From a virus: 34,836 nt of DNA. This document shows positions 1-7,539 of this stretch, piece after piece. The translations under genes were made by a program, and so were the position numbers. The stretch covers positions 1 to 34,836 of the IMG/VR virus record IMGVR_UViG_3300016665_000182. One strand, given 5' to 3'. Below the pieces are notes generated by a model. That model was not told the DNA's origin. It made no database searches and worked only from the letters and a program-made list of their open reading frames with translations. Position 1 is the first letter of the stretch. Each line of letters opens with the position of its first letter.

Positions 1-131
1 TCGTAGCGGGGAACATTAATAACGCCCGTTGAATTATTGTAAGTTGATGCCCCGGTTGTGCCGGTGGTGGTCATAGATAGTGCCGATCTAGCCCCGGACG
101 TTGTTACATAGTTTTGAGCAATCACACGGGA
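1..131. repeat. Terminal direct repeat, left copy; identical to 34706-34836 (circular closure / assembly overlap)
   Basis: Base-by-base comparison shows 1-131 equals 34706-34836. The repeat lies inside an open reading frame that continues across the junction. Confidence 0.95.
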
Positions 132-662
132 AAAGGTGCTGTCACCTAACTTGACCGTATAATTACGGGTACTAATTGTAGTAGTGTCAATTGAAGTCAG
201 ATAACCCACCGATTGAACACGGGCAAATGTACTGTCACCCACTTTACGGGCATAAGCGCGGGTACTAATTGTGGTAGTATCAATTCCAGTCAGATAATTG
301 CCAATAGGTTGGTAAGTTGCCGCCGCTGTCGCACTTCTTAAGTACGGGCTAAGCATCGAAGCCGTATCGGAGTATTTTACCCGTGCATCAATTCGAGAAG
401 AAAGGGAAGAAGTATCTAAGCTACTGCCACCAACGGCAACCCATACGCCCGATCTTTTAACGTAGATATTACCGCCAACATAAGCAATAGACCGCTCTAC
501 CTTATTAACTGTGGTATCGGTAGGTAAAGCCAAAGCATGCCGGAATAAAGCACGGTTATACTTCCAGCCGTAGTCAGCGGTTGTGTAGTACTTAGTTGTA
601 TCATTTTGCGCCTTCGCAATAAGTGCCAGCGTAAGAAAAAAAACGGTTAAAAATTTTCTCAT
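1..662 (-). CDS. Fibre-like protein with N-terminal signal peptide, N-terminal part. The ORF runs off the left edge and continues in frame at 34705 down to 34300 (about 355 aa in total).
   Basis: ATG at 662-660, translated by hand: MRKFLTVFFLTLALIAKAQNDTTKYY... The frame stays open to position 1. The codon at 125 is in frame with the tracked ORF 34300..34830 (662-125 = 537 = 179 codons). Not in the ORF track because there is no stop inside the window on this side. Confidence 0.8.
   Translation of the reverse strand, partial: MRKFLTVFFLTLALIAKAQNDTTKYYTTADYGWKYNRALFRHALALPTDTTVNKVERSIAYVGGNIYVKRSGVWVAVGGSSLDTSSLSSRIDARVKYSDTASMLSPYLRSATAAATYQPIGNYLTGIDTTTISTRAYARKVGDSTFARVQSVGYLTSIDTTTISTRNYTVKLGDSTFSRVIAQNYVTTSGARSALSMTTTGTTGASTYNNSTGVINVPRY
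111..296 (-). repeat. Two tandem 93-bp (31-aa) repeats inside the fibre-like gene
   Basis: The two units are YLTGIDTTTISTRAYARKVGDSTFARVQSVG and YLTSIDTTTISTRNYTVKLGDSTFSRVIAQN. The DNA units 204-296 and 111-203 are clearly related. Confidence 0.85.
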
Positions 663-1396
663 GATTTACGGTATATTATTTGAATTGGTTCGCCTTCGTT
701 AATGTTACTACCAAACGTAAGTAATCCCGTCGCAGTATCTAGTGTGTATTGTCCCGGTTCAGGAGGTACGCCTGTTAGCGTGTGTATCTTGTCGCCCTTT
801 ACCAATAACAATACAGTAGCCCCGACAAGTGAGGCGATGGTAATACTTTGCCCCTCTGTTCCTTGCCCATAGTACACATAAGGCCATGTTCTGTAATCTT
901 TATACTGCGGGTCGTACTGTATGCCGTCCGGATGGTTTTCGACAAAGTTGTAATCCGAAGGAACAGCGCAACGGTCAGCCGTGTAAATTGTCGACACATC
1001 AAAAGACATAACAGCGGCCCCAACTTCGTCAACAAACCGATCTCTAAAGTATTGAATAGGCGCGGTCATTCTTACATCCCAATCCTGCCAGCCGTTGTAA
1101 TGAAGCATCGCAAATAAGTCCTCACATATCAAAGCCAAATCACTTTGCACATCCTGCTCATTACCCGAAGCATTTGCAGCCACACTAACCAAATCGCATA
1201 CAGTCAGCGAAACAGAATAAGTGTGCAACCGTTGGTCACGGTCGATACTTGAACGGACTACATCCATAAAAACAGCCGGGTAATTAATATCCCCATTATC
1301 TAGCGCCTTTACTACCTCTCCGTAGTAAAAGTGGTGTAGTTGCCGGTGACTTAATACCAGTTGCTCTATTCTGCTGATTATCTGATTTAGTGTCAT
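659..1396 (-). CDS. Hypothetical virion (neck/tail-associated?) protein, 245 aa
   Basis: Long ORF in the structural arm. The ATG at 1396 is preferred over the TTG at 1411 used by the ORF track. No recognisable motif. Confidence 0.6.
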   Translation of the reverse strand: MTLNQIISRIEQLVLSHRQLHHFYYGEVVKALDNGDINYPAVFMDVVRSSIDRDQRLHTYSVSLTVCDLVSVAANASGNEQDVQSDLALICEDLFAMLHYNGWQDWDVRMTAPIQYFRDRFVDEVGAAVMSFDVSTIYTADRCAVPSDYNFVENHPDGIQYDPQYKDYRTWPYVYYGQGTEGQSITIASLVGATVLLLVKGDKIHTLTGVPPEPGQYTLDTATGLLTFGSNINEGEPIQIIYRKS

Positions 1397-1461
1397 TTTC
1401 TTTCTTTGCAAAGGCAGCTCTTAACGCCGCCTCACTTTTTTTTGCTATGTTCTTAGGCATA

Positions 1462-2046
1462 TTAACGCGGGCCGTTTCCTTGATAGTATTCGCTGAATGG
1501 TCTAGGCTTTTCGGGCATATCATCGCCTAAATAAATCGGTAAAGAAAACTCCGATCTTTCCGGCGCAATATCATCTATACCATTACCCCAATTTAAGTAC
1601 TCGGGAAAACGTTCCGGTGCCCATTGGCGTAGGTATCGAATAGCTTTCATTTGATAGTGTTCGGCCCTGTTTTTATAGTGATCCATTGCCGAAAACATAT
1701 CCGACATCGTAGGCGCGTTGGTATTTTCTGTTGTTTTCTGAACCATGCCCCTATTAGTCAATTGATAATTAACTGCAAGCGGAAGGGCCGCAATAGTAAA
1801 CCAAACCAAAGACGGCACTAAATAGTCATCTAGCAACTCCTTATAGTAGATATTTGCCGGAGACGAAATAGTGCCATCCCCAACAATTGCCAGCATTTTT
1901 TTATACAAAGCTGTCCCTAAAATCGGGGCAATGTATTGATCTTGTGCCGCCTTAATTTCGGGGAAAATAAACTTGTTATCCGTATTGTCATGTAGGGCTG
2001 TTCGCTCTCTTAATACCTCCGGGGATATAAAAAGTACGGTACTCAT
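1462..2046 (-). CDS. Hypothetical structural protein, possibly a head-tail connector/adaptor
   Basis: 194-aa ORF whose start overlaps the portal stop (TAATG). The N-terminal pattern (FPEIKAAQDQYIAPILGTALY) resembles gp6-like connector proteins. This is a weak, from-memory similarity. Confidence 0.55.
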   Translation of the reverse strand: MSTVLFISPEVLRERTALHDNTDNKFIFPEIKAAQDQYIAPILGTALYKKMLAIVGDGTISSPANIYYKELLDDYLVPSLVWFTIAALPLAVNYQLTNRGMVQKTTENTNAPTMSDMFSAMDHYKNRAEHYQMKAIRYLRQWAPERFPEYLNWGNGIDDIAPERSEFSLPIYLGDDMPEKPRPFSEYYQGNGPR

Positions 2047-3929
2047 TAGCTTGTTTTTTTAACGACCAAATTCATTTTCCAAACGTGCCGGCAGTAGGGA
2101 GTTATTACCCCATTTCCTTGATTCCAAAAGCCGCCGCGTCGATTCCATACGCTATACCCGACACGTTCCGAAATTGTTTCAATATCTTTCCGCGTATAAA
2201 GTCTGTTAAGCGTTACCATCTTTCGGCAAAAAGGCCGTGTAGTCGGTAAGATAGCGGGCCCCTCAACTCCCGGCCCTTTTTCGTAAGAATACATGACCTT
2301 AACATCGGGCAGCTTAATAGTGCGCGTAGGCGGTGTTTCCCGCGTTGGTTGTGTTCCGCGTGTCGGACTTTCGCCGCTTACTACTCCCTCCTGCTCCTCC
2401 GCGAAGGAAAGGCGCATAGCCATCTCCATCATATCTATGTCGTATTCGTTGTCGGTCGAAAATGTTTCCGACCGCAATACCTCCCAGTCTTCGCCATCGG
2501 TTCCATGTTCGGCAAATAGTTGCGCTATCTGATCTTCACTTAGCACCTCTTTAAACTCCTGCGGAGTTCCCAAAATGGTATTTATATCCTCATCGGACAA
2601 ACCGAGCGAAGTCTTAAGCTCCCATGCAGCACGCTGCCTAGTGTATTCGCCTTTATTGAATTTGCGAATAATCCTATCCATGTTAGCCCGTTGCCGTCCT
2701 GTTAGGTTCTTCAGATGGTCATTTACTTCATTTGCCATTCCTTCGGCGTATACGGGTGCACCGGGTGCACCGGGTGCAAGCGGATATTTTTCTAAATCAA
2801 CACCCAATTTTTCCGCTATCCATTCTACGGGCATCGCTCCCAGTTGCCCCGAAAGGTCATAGCCAATCGGCTCTACGGGCTTAAGTTTAAACTTACACGG
2901 AATACCTTTCAGCTTTGCGAACTTGTTTAATACTTCTTCAAATTGCGCCCGCTTATTGGCAACGTATGTGTTATTAAAAATCTCAAAGGCGTTTCTTAAC
3001 TCCGTTGTTCCTCCAAGTTGCCCCGCCTCTTTAACCCCGAACAAGATCGGCGAAGTAATCTCATGCCCCGCATAGATATTATCGCATATCAGATTATTAA
3101 CGGCGCTAAAATCTTCTTTAGTTAAGTCTGAAGCACCTAAATCTAGAATTTCCGGTTTTTTCGCCGGGTCATTATTGAAAGAAATAAAAATCTTTTTCCC
3201 ATCGGCCCCGGTGTACTTGTCATGCAGCCTTTCTTCCAGTTTTCTTTTGGCTCTTTCGTCGGGTTCGCCGTTGAAGAAAGAAAGCATTTTTGAGGCCGAA
3301 AATCCCGCTTTACTATTAGTGTAGGTGTGCTTGCCCATCTCACAGTCAGCACCAATCCAGTTTAATGCCCCCATGTAGCCGGGTTCGGGATAGTACGGGC
3401 ATCCGGGCCTATACTCGTCGAAATAGTAAATAGCCGATTGCGCTTCATTCGATCGCGGATTGAATGCAGGAAACTCTTTCGGCTTTTCCCGCCCATCTTT
3501 CCAGTCGTATTTAAAATAGAATTTCTGAAGGTCAGCAGCACGGCGCATTTTCGGCCATTCCATGTGAAACACATCCGTAATACGCCCAATCCGATCAGTA
3601 ATAATGTGCCAGTAAAATCCGCCAAATGTTTCTGTATCGTCTATGCTTTTCCGTAGCACATCGCTCAAAGATTCGCCCCGGCTGTTGCAACTGCTTATCC
3701 ACACTTCCCCCGCCGGGTTTGGTTGCTCTATTTCAATCCCGCCGCCAAAAATGTATTTAACCTTTCCATTTATAATGGCGTTATGTTTGGGGCTTTCCTT
3801 TCGGAACTTTAAAAGCTTTTCGGCCCAATCATCAGACAGCCCCAACGGTATGTAAGGCTTTGCGCCTACACGCCTATACTTCGGCGCTTCGACTTCAAGA
3901 AACTTTAATGCTATTGGTGTAAATTCCAT
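2046..3929 (-). CDS. Portal protein with a C-terminal Cys/His (MuF/SPP1 gp7-like?) extension
   Basis: 627-aa ORF in the capsid module. The size and an acidic, helical middle region fit a portal. After a Pro/Thr-rich linker (SPTRGTQPTRETPPTRT), the C-terminal ~80 aa contain RPFCRKM...PYCRHVW. Confidence 0.6.
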   Translation of the reverse strand: MEFTPIALKFLEVEAPKYRRVGAKPYIPLGLSDDWAEKLLKFRKESPKHNAIINGKVKYIFGGGIEIEQPNPAGEVWISSCNSRGESLSDVLRKSIDDTETFGGFYWHIITDRIGRITDVFHMEWPKMRRAADLQKFYFKYDWKDGREKPKEFPAFNPRSNEAQSAIYYFDEYRPGCPYYPEPGYMGALNWIGADCEMGKHTYTNSKAGFSASKMLSFFNGEPDERAKRKLEERLHDKYTGADGKKIFISFNNDPAKKPEILDLGASDLTKEDFSAVNNLICDNIYAGHEITSPILFGVKEAGQLGGTTELRNAFEIFNNTYVANKRAQFEEVLNKFAKLKGIPCKFKLKPVEPIGYDLSGQLGAMPVEWIAEKLGVDLEKYPLAPGAPGAPVYAEGMANEVNDHLKNLTGRQRANMDRIIRKFNKGEYTRQRAAWELKTSLGLSDEDINTILGTPQEFKEVLSEDQIAQLFAEHGTDGEDWEVLRSETFSTDNEYDIDMMEMAMRLSFAEEQEGVVSGESPTRGTQPTRETPPTRTIKLPDVKVMYSYEKGPGVEGPAILPTTRPFCRKMVTLNRLYTRKDIETISERVGYSVWNRRGGFWNQGNGVITPYCRHVWKMNLVVKKTS

Positions 3930-4312
3930 TACGCGGGATTGTATGCGTTATAATTTGTTTCGGGCGTGTATTGGACGTATGAAGTGCCGCCCGTGCTTAA
4001 CACTTCACATATTCCCTGCTCAATCATATTTAGGCCGGTTTCATCTTCCGAAGTACCTGCCTGTTCATATATCTTGTACACATATCTACCGGCTGTTTTT
4101 CCGGCAAAAAGACTAGCCGTATCAAATGTGTATTGATTATATCGCTGCTTTGCATCGCTTTCGTCATCCGAAGGCGTTACAACAACTGCAACACGCTCAC
4201 CCGGCATTTCTCTTTCAAATACAAACAGATAGTTAGCATTCGGAATAGTAGTAAGCTCTGAAAGCGTTACTACTACTCTATCATTGTTTGCCGATTGATT
4301 TAAAAGGATCAT
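3929..4312 (-). CDS. Hypothetical structural protein, 127 aa
   Basis: ORF with an ATG start whose stop overlaps the portal start. No motif recognised. Confidence 0.55.
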   Translation of the reverse strand: MILLNQSANNDRVVVTLSELTTIPNANYLFVFEREMPGERVAVVVTPSDDESDAKQRYNQYTFDTASLFAGKTAGRYVYKIYEQAGTSEDETGLNMIEQGICEVLSTGGTSYVQYTPETNYNAYNPA

Positions 4313-4353
4313 TTGCTGTATAGTGTTTCCATTTCTGTTTTTGGCCGGAAATA

Positions 4354-4383
4354 AAACAGCCCTACCAATTGGCAGGGCTGTTT
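4354..4383 (-). terminator. Intrinsic-terminator-like hairpin after the 172-aa structural gene
   Basis: Minus strand reads AAACAGCCCT-GCCAATTGGT-AGGGCTGTTT, followed by TATTT. A 10-bp stem lying in the 87-nt gap between 4400 and 4312. Confidence 0.6.
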
Positions 4384-4399
4384 AGGTTGTAAGTTACCG

Positions 4400-4918
4400 T
4401 TATGCTCCCGGTGTTGTCAGGGTTGCAATTACAGCAGCTTGCACAGATTGGGCGGCGTAAGGCTCCATGCCTTCAAAATTCAATTCGTAGCCGTTCCGAT
4501 CACCATAGGCCACACCCGATTTAGCGGTGTGCGAAGTCAGCATCATGCCACCGTTACGACCGTAGCACCATGCGTTACCGTTTTTGTCAACCCATACCAA
4601 ACAGAGGCGGTTCTTCGACAAAAGGGTAATCTCATCGCGAACGGACTTAGCCAGCTTATTCAAAATCATTTTGAACGTCTGCTTATAGAAATACGTACCG
4701 TTTTCTTCGGATCCGGTACCCTCTTCCGTTGCGTCCGCTGTTTGTTTGGTAAGTTCGTACTTGTAAAACTGCTTACCTTGGGTTTTCCCGATTGCGGAAA
4801 TTGCGCCGCTTGTTTCGGTAAATGTAAGGGCATCAAGTTCAGCCACATACACTACGTCAACACCGCCCACGCTATCGCGGCAGTCTAGGTTATATCCTTG
4901 AGTTAATGCACAAGACAT
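4400..4918 (-). CDS. Abundant structural protein (putative major tail/tube or decoration protein), 172 aa
   Basis: ORF directly after the capsid gene. It is bracketed by a GC hairpin upstream and a terminator downstream, which suggests high expression. No diagnostic motif. Confidence 0.6.
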   Translation of the reverse strand: MSCALTQGYNLDCRDSVGGVDVVYVAELDALTFTETSGAISAIGKTQGKQFYKYELTKQTADATEEGTGSEENGTYFYKQTFKMILNKLAKSVRDEITLLSKNRLCLVWVDKNGNAWCYGRNGGMMLTSHTAKSGVAYGDRNGYELNFEGMEPYAAQSVQAAVIATLTTPGA

Positions 4919-4933
4919 AGTTATTTAAGTAAA

Positions 4934-4949
4934 GGCCCCCGAAGGGGCC
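4934..4949 (-). promoter_or_regulatory. GC-rich hairpin with UUCG tetraloop, 15 nt upstream of the ATG at 4918
   Basis: Minus strand reads GGCCCC-TTCG-GGGGCC, located between the capsid stop (4965) and the next start. Confidence 0.75.
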
Positions 4950-4964
4950 GGTTAACAAATTGGA

Positions 4965-6170
4965 TTAAGCACCGAGGAACTGAACAACCTCATTCGGGAA
5001 ATAAACCTGAACACCAGTTTTCCATTCAGCCATAAAGCGTACCTGATCGGCTTCCTTAGCGAAGAACAGTTCAAACTTGTATTCCTCTTCGTTCATATCG
5101 GTTCCGAGGGCCATGTTTGACGAGCGCATTGCATAGATACGGTTAGTACCATTCAAACCATGCACGGCGGTCAGCTTGTACATCGTTCCCGGGATCATTA
5201 TTTCGCCGGCCTTTTGCTTATCGCTTTCAGCGGTATAGGCAAACAGATTAGCGTCAATCAATGCGCCGATATAGGTTTCGTACACATCCCATCCACAGAA
5301 GATACGCACGTCATCCTGTCCTTTTACGTCGGCAGGAATAGACTGCCAAACGCCCGTCATAATGCTGCGAACATTCGAAGAAGTAATACCAGCGGATGCA
5401 AGGATCGGGGCAGCAATAAACTTAGAAGTTGCATGAACAACTACAAAAGCTGCACCGGAAACAGCGGCGGCGGCGTTGGCTGTCAGCGTCAAAGACGTGT
5501 CAGATGCTACCGACGTAACGGTACCGATCAGCACGCTACCGCTATAGATTTTGTCACCGGCTGAAACTTCCAGCAGGAATTTAGTACCTACACCCGTAAC
5601 CGTAGTGCTGTTGGTGGCTGAGGTAATAGTTCCCGTAGTCTTTTGAGCGTTGGCAGCAACCGGCGAAGCAGTACTGGCTACATTCAGGCCAGCGGCATCA
5701 ATGATCTTTACCAAACCGTCAAACTTATTAAGGTTCACGTTACCGCTACCGGTGTCACCCTGCCATACGGCAATTTCCAGTTGCTTACCGATCTTAGCTA
5801 CTTTGCGATCAGTATATTTCTGCTCGAAGGGGAAAGTTTCAGGCTGCGAACCTTCAGACATCAGCAGTTGTGTGTACTTAGTCTTGAGGTCTTTCGGGCA
5901 CAAAGATTCATGTACCTTAATTGCACCAACGGTCAGCAGACGGCGTGAAATAGCCGTAGTGCCGGATGCGTTAAAGCCGCAGCCACCGCCGGCCTGAAAT
6001 ACTGCATCGGTATCCAATTCATTCAGTTGGATAGAGGTGCTAACCTTTGTGAGCACGGTGCCCTCTTTGCGGATAATGTCGAGGGTCTTAGGGGTAAAGA
6101 GGGTAGAGAGTACCAGCTCTTTTTCGTTTTCTTGCGTATAGGCCGCAAGTGCGTTGAGATCAAATGCCAT
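4965..6170 (-). CDS. Major capsid protein (HK97-fold type)
   Basis: 401 aa, directly downstream of the protease and scaffold genes. Capsid-like features include LNKFDGLVK and a C-terminal KTGVQVYFPNEVV. An Ala/Thr/Ser-rich insertion sits in the middle. Confidence 0.75.
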   Translation of the reverse strand: MAFDLNALAAYTQENEKELVLSTLFTPKTLDIIRKEGTVLTKVSTSIQLNELDTDAVFQAGGGCGFNASGTTAISRRLLTVGAIKVHESLCPKDLKTKYTQLLMSEGSQPETFPFEQKYTDRKVAKIGKQLEIAVWQGDTGSGNVNLNKFDGLVKIIDAAGLNVASTASPVAANAQKTTGTITSATNSTTVTGVGTKFLLEVSAGDKIYSGSVLIGTVTSVASDTSLTLTANAAAAVSGAAFVVVHATSKFIAAPILASAGITSSNVRSIMTGVWQSIPADVKGQDDVRIFCGWDVYETYIGALIDANLFAYTAESDKQKAGEIMIPGTMYKLTAVHGLNGTNRIYAMRSSNMALGTDMNEEEYKFELFFAKEADQVRFMAEWKTGVQVYFPNEVVQFLGA

Positions 6171-6194
6171 TTTTAAAGGGTTTTTCTAGGTTGA

Positions 6195-6869
6195 TTAAAT
6201 AAGTGAAGCAAGGGCGCGAATATCTTCGCGGATACCAACGATCGGTTCATCGGCGCGGAAATTGTCTTTCCCTTTAGCGGGTACGGGTTCGCCTACGGGC
6301 AATTCAGCAAGCTGCTCAACAAGGGCATACAGTTGCTTATTAACGCCTTTTAGCTTTTCAATTTCAGCCGATTGGGCGGCAAAAGTTTCCTTCCATGCGT
6401 TGATAGCCTCTTCTGCTTTTGCCTGTTGAATTTGATAGCCAAAACGATCTTCAAAAAGCACGGTCAGCATCTTGCCCATTACGTCACCGGGAATAGGCGA
6501 AGCGGCAAACTGCTCCAGATACTTTTGCACTTCTTTCGGCTTACCGAAGTCCGGCATCTTCTTTTTCATGTCCTCTGGCATTTCGGGAGCTTCGGGCATT
6601 TCGGGGCTTTCTACCTCCATCACCTTAGTGATAATGCCGTTCGCATCGGTGCTTACTACTTCGCCGCTTGCAAGCGTGTGATCTCCAGCCGGGGCCGGGA
6701 TACCAGCAATAGTTACCAATCCGCCTACTTCTAGTTTGTCAATTTCAATAGGCGTGCCATCGGCAAGGGCATAAGCCGGAACCGGGGGAACCGGGGGCGC
6801 CGGAACTTCTTCAAACAGCATCCGCTTTACATCGGAAAGGGCCGCTTTTAGTTTTTCAATTTTTGTCAT
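6195..6869 (-). CDS. Scaffolding protein (putative)
   Basis: 224-aa acidic, helical protein with a Pro/Glu/Met-rich linker (PEMPEAPEMPEDMKKKMP). Lies between the protease and the capsid gene. Confidence 0.5.
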   Translation of the reverse strand: MTKIEKLKAALSDVKRMLFEEVPAPPVPPVPAYALADGTPIEIDKLEVGGLVTIAGIPAPAGDHTLASGEVVSTDANGIITKVMEVESPEMPEAPEMPEDMKKKMPDFGKPKEVQKYLEQFAASPIPGDVMGKMLTVLFEDRFGYQIQQAKAEEAINAWKETFAAQSAEIEKLKGVNKQLYALVEQLAELPVGEPVPAKGKDNFRADEPIVGIREDIRALASLI

Positions 6870-6917
6870 ATAAATAGTTTTCAGGGTATAGTGAATAAGG
6901 GGTAAAAATTGGCCGGT

Positions 6918-7505
6918 TTAATCGGCAAGGGATAGCATTAAGGATTCAATTTGCGCCCATATTTCAGCTTTGCTAAGCTTTTGCTTTTTGTACTGAAATA
7001 CCCCTTCGACACTGAAGCCCTTTACTTTTCCCGATTCAATCAATGCCCATGCCTCATCATTGTTAACCTTCGCCGACATAAACCAACTGCCAGCCGGGGC
7101 ATCTTCAAAACCTGCCATCGGCTGAATGCCACGGGACGGGTCAACGATAAAAGATTCAAAGACCGTCACGCCTTCCAGCTTCAGGCTAGGGTCGTGCATT
7201 AAGTTGAAGTTTTGGTTAAACCCTTTTTGAAAAAACTTTTGGGCAATCTGTTCGATTGTGGCCGCGTCGAATTGCACTAGATACTCCCCGTTTTCCGCGT
7301 CCCGCCGATAAATAGGCGTATCGGCCAACATCGCAGGCCCGGAAATAATCCGGCGGGCGGTATCTGTTGTAAACTGTAATCTTTTGTCATTAAAGGCTAA
7401 AAAGTTCTTTTCGATCGCAGGTTTGTCAACCAATGCGACATAATCGACCTGCAATTCAGATTCAGGGTCGGGACTTATTACCATTTGATAAATCGGAAGG
7501 CTCAT
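6918..7505 (-). CDS. XkdF-like putative prohead serine protease
   Basis: 195 aa. The pattern DYVALVDKPAIE ... NLMHD ... ESFIVD ... GSWFMSAKV ... GKVKGFSVEG matches the XkdF family layout as I remember it. Its position upstream of scaffold and capsid also fits. Confidence 0.65.
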   Translation of the reverse strand: MSLPIYQMVISPDPESELQVDYVALVDKPAIEKNFLAFNDKRLQFTTDTARRIISGPAMLADTPIYRRDAENGEYLVQFDAATIEQIAQKFFQKGFNQNFNLMHDPSLKLEGVTVFESFIVDPSRGIQPMAGFEDAPAGSWFMSAKVNNDEAWALIESGKVKGFSVEGVFQYKKQKLSKAEIWAQIESLMLSLAD

Positions 7506-7539
7506 AGCTTATAGTATTTAGGTTTTTGGTTTGGCCGGT

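Noticed and set aside
1-131. The terminal repeat considered as a physical direct terminal repeat, LTR or IS end.
   Set aside because: It is a direct repeat lying in the middle of a continuous ORF, so an assembly overlap of a circular or permuted genome is the simplest explanation. Read data would be needed to be certain.
111-296. The tandem repeats in the fibre-like gene considered as template/variable repeats of a diversity-generating retroelement.
   Set aside because: There is no reverse transcriptase anywhere in the genome. The two copies are adjacent and both coding, and the differences are not restricted to adenine positions.
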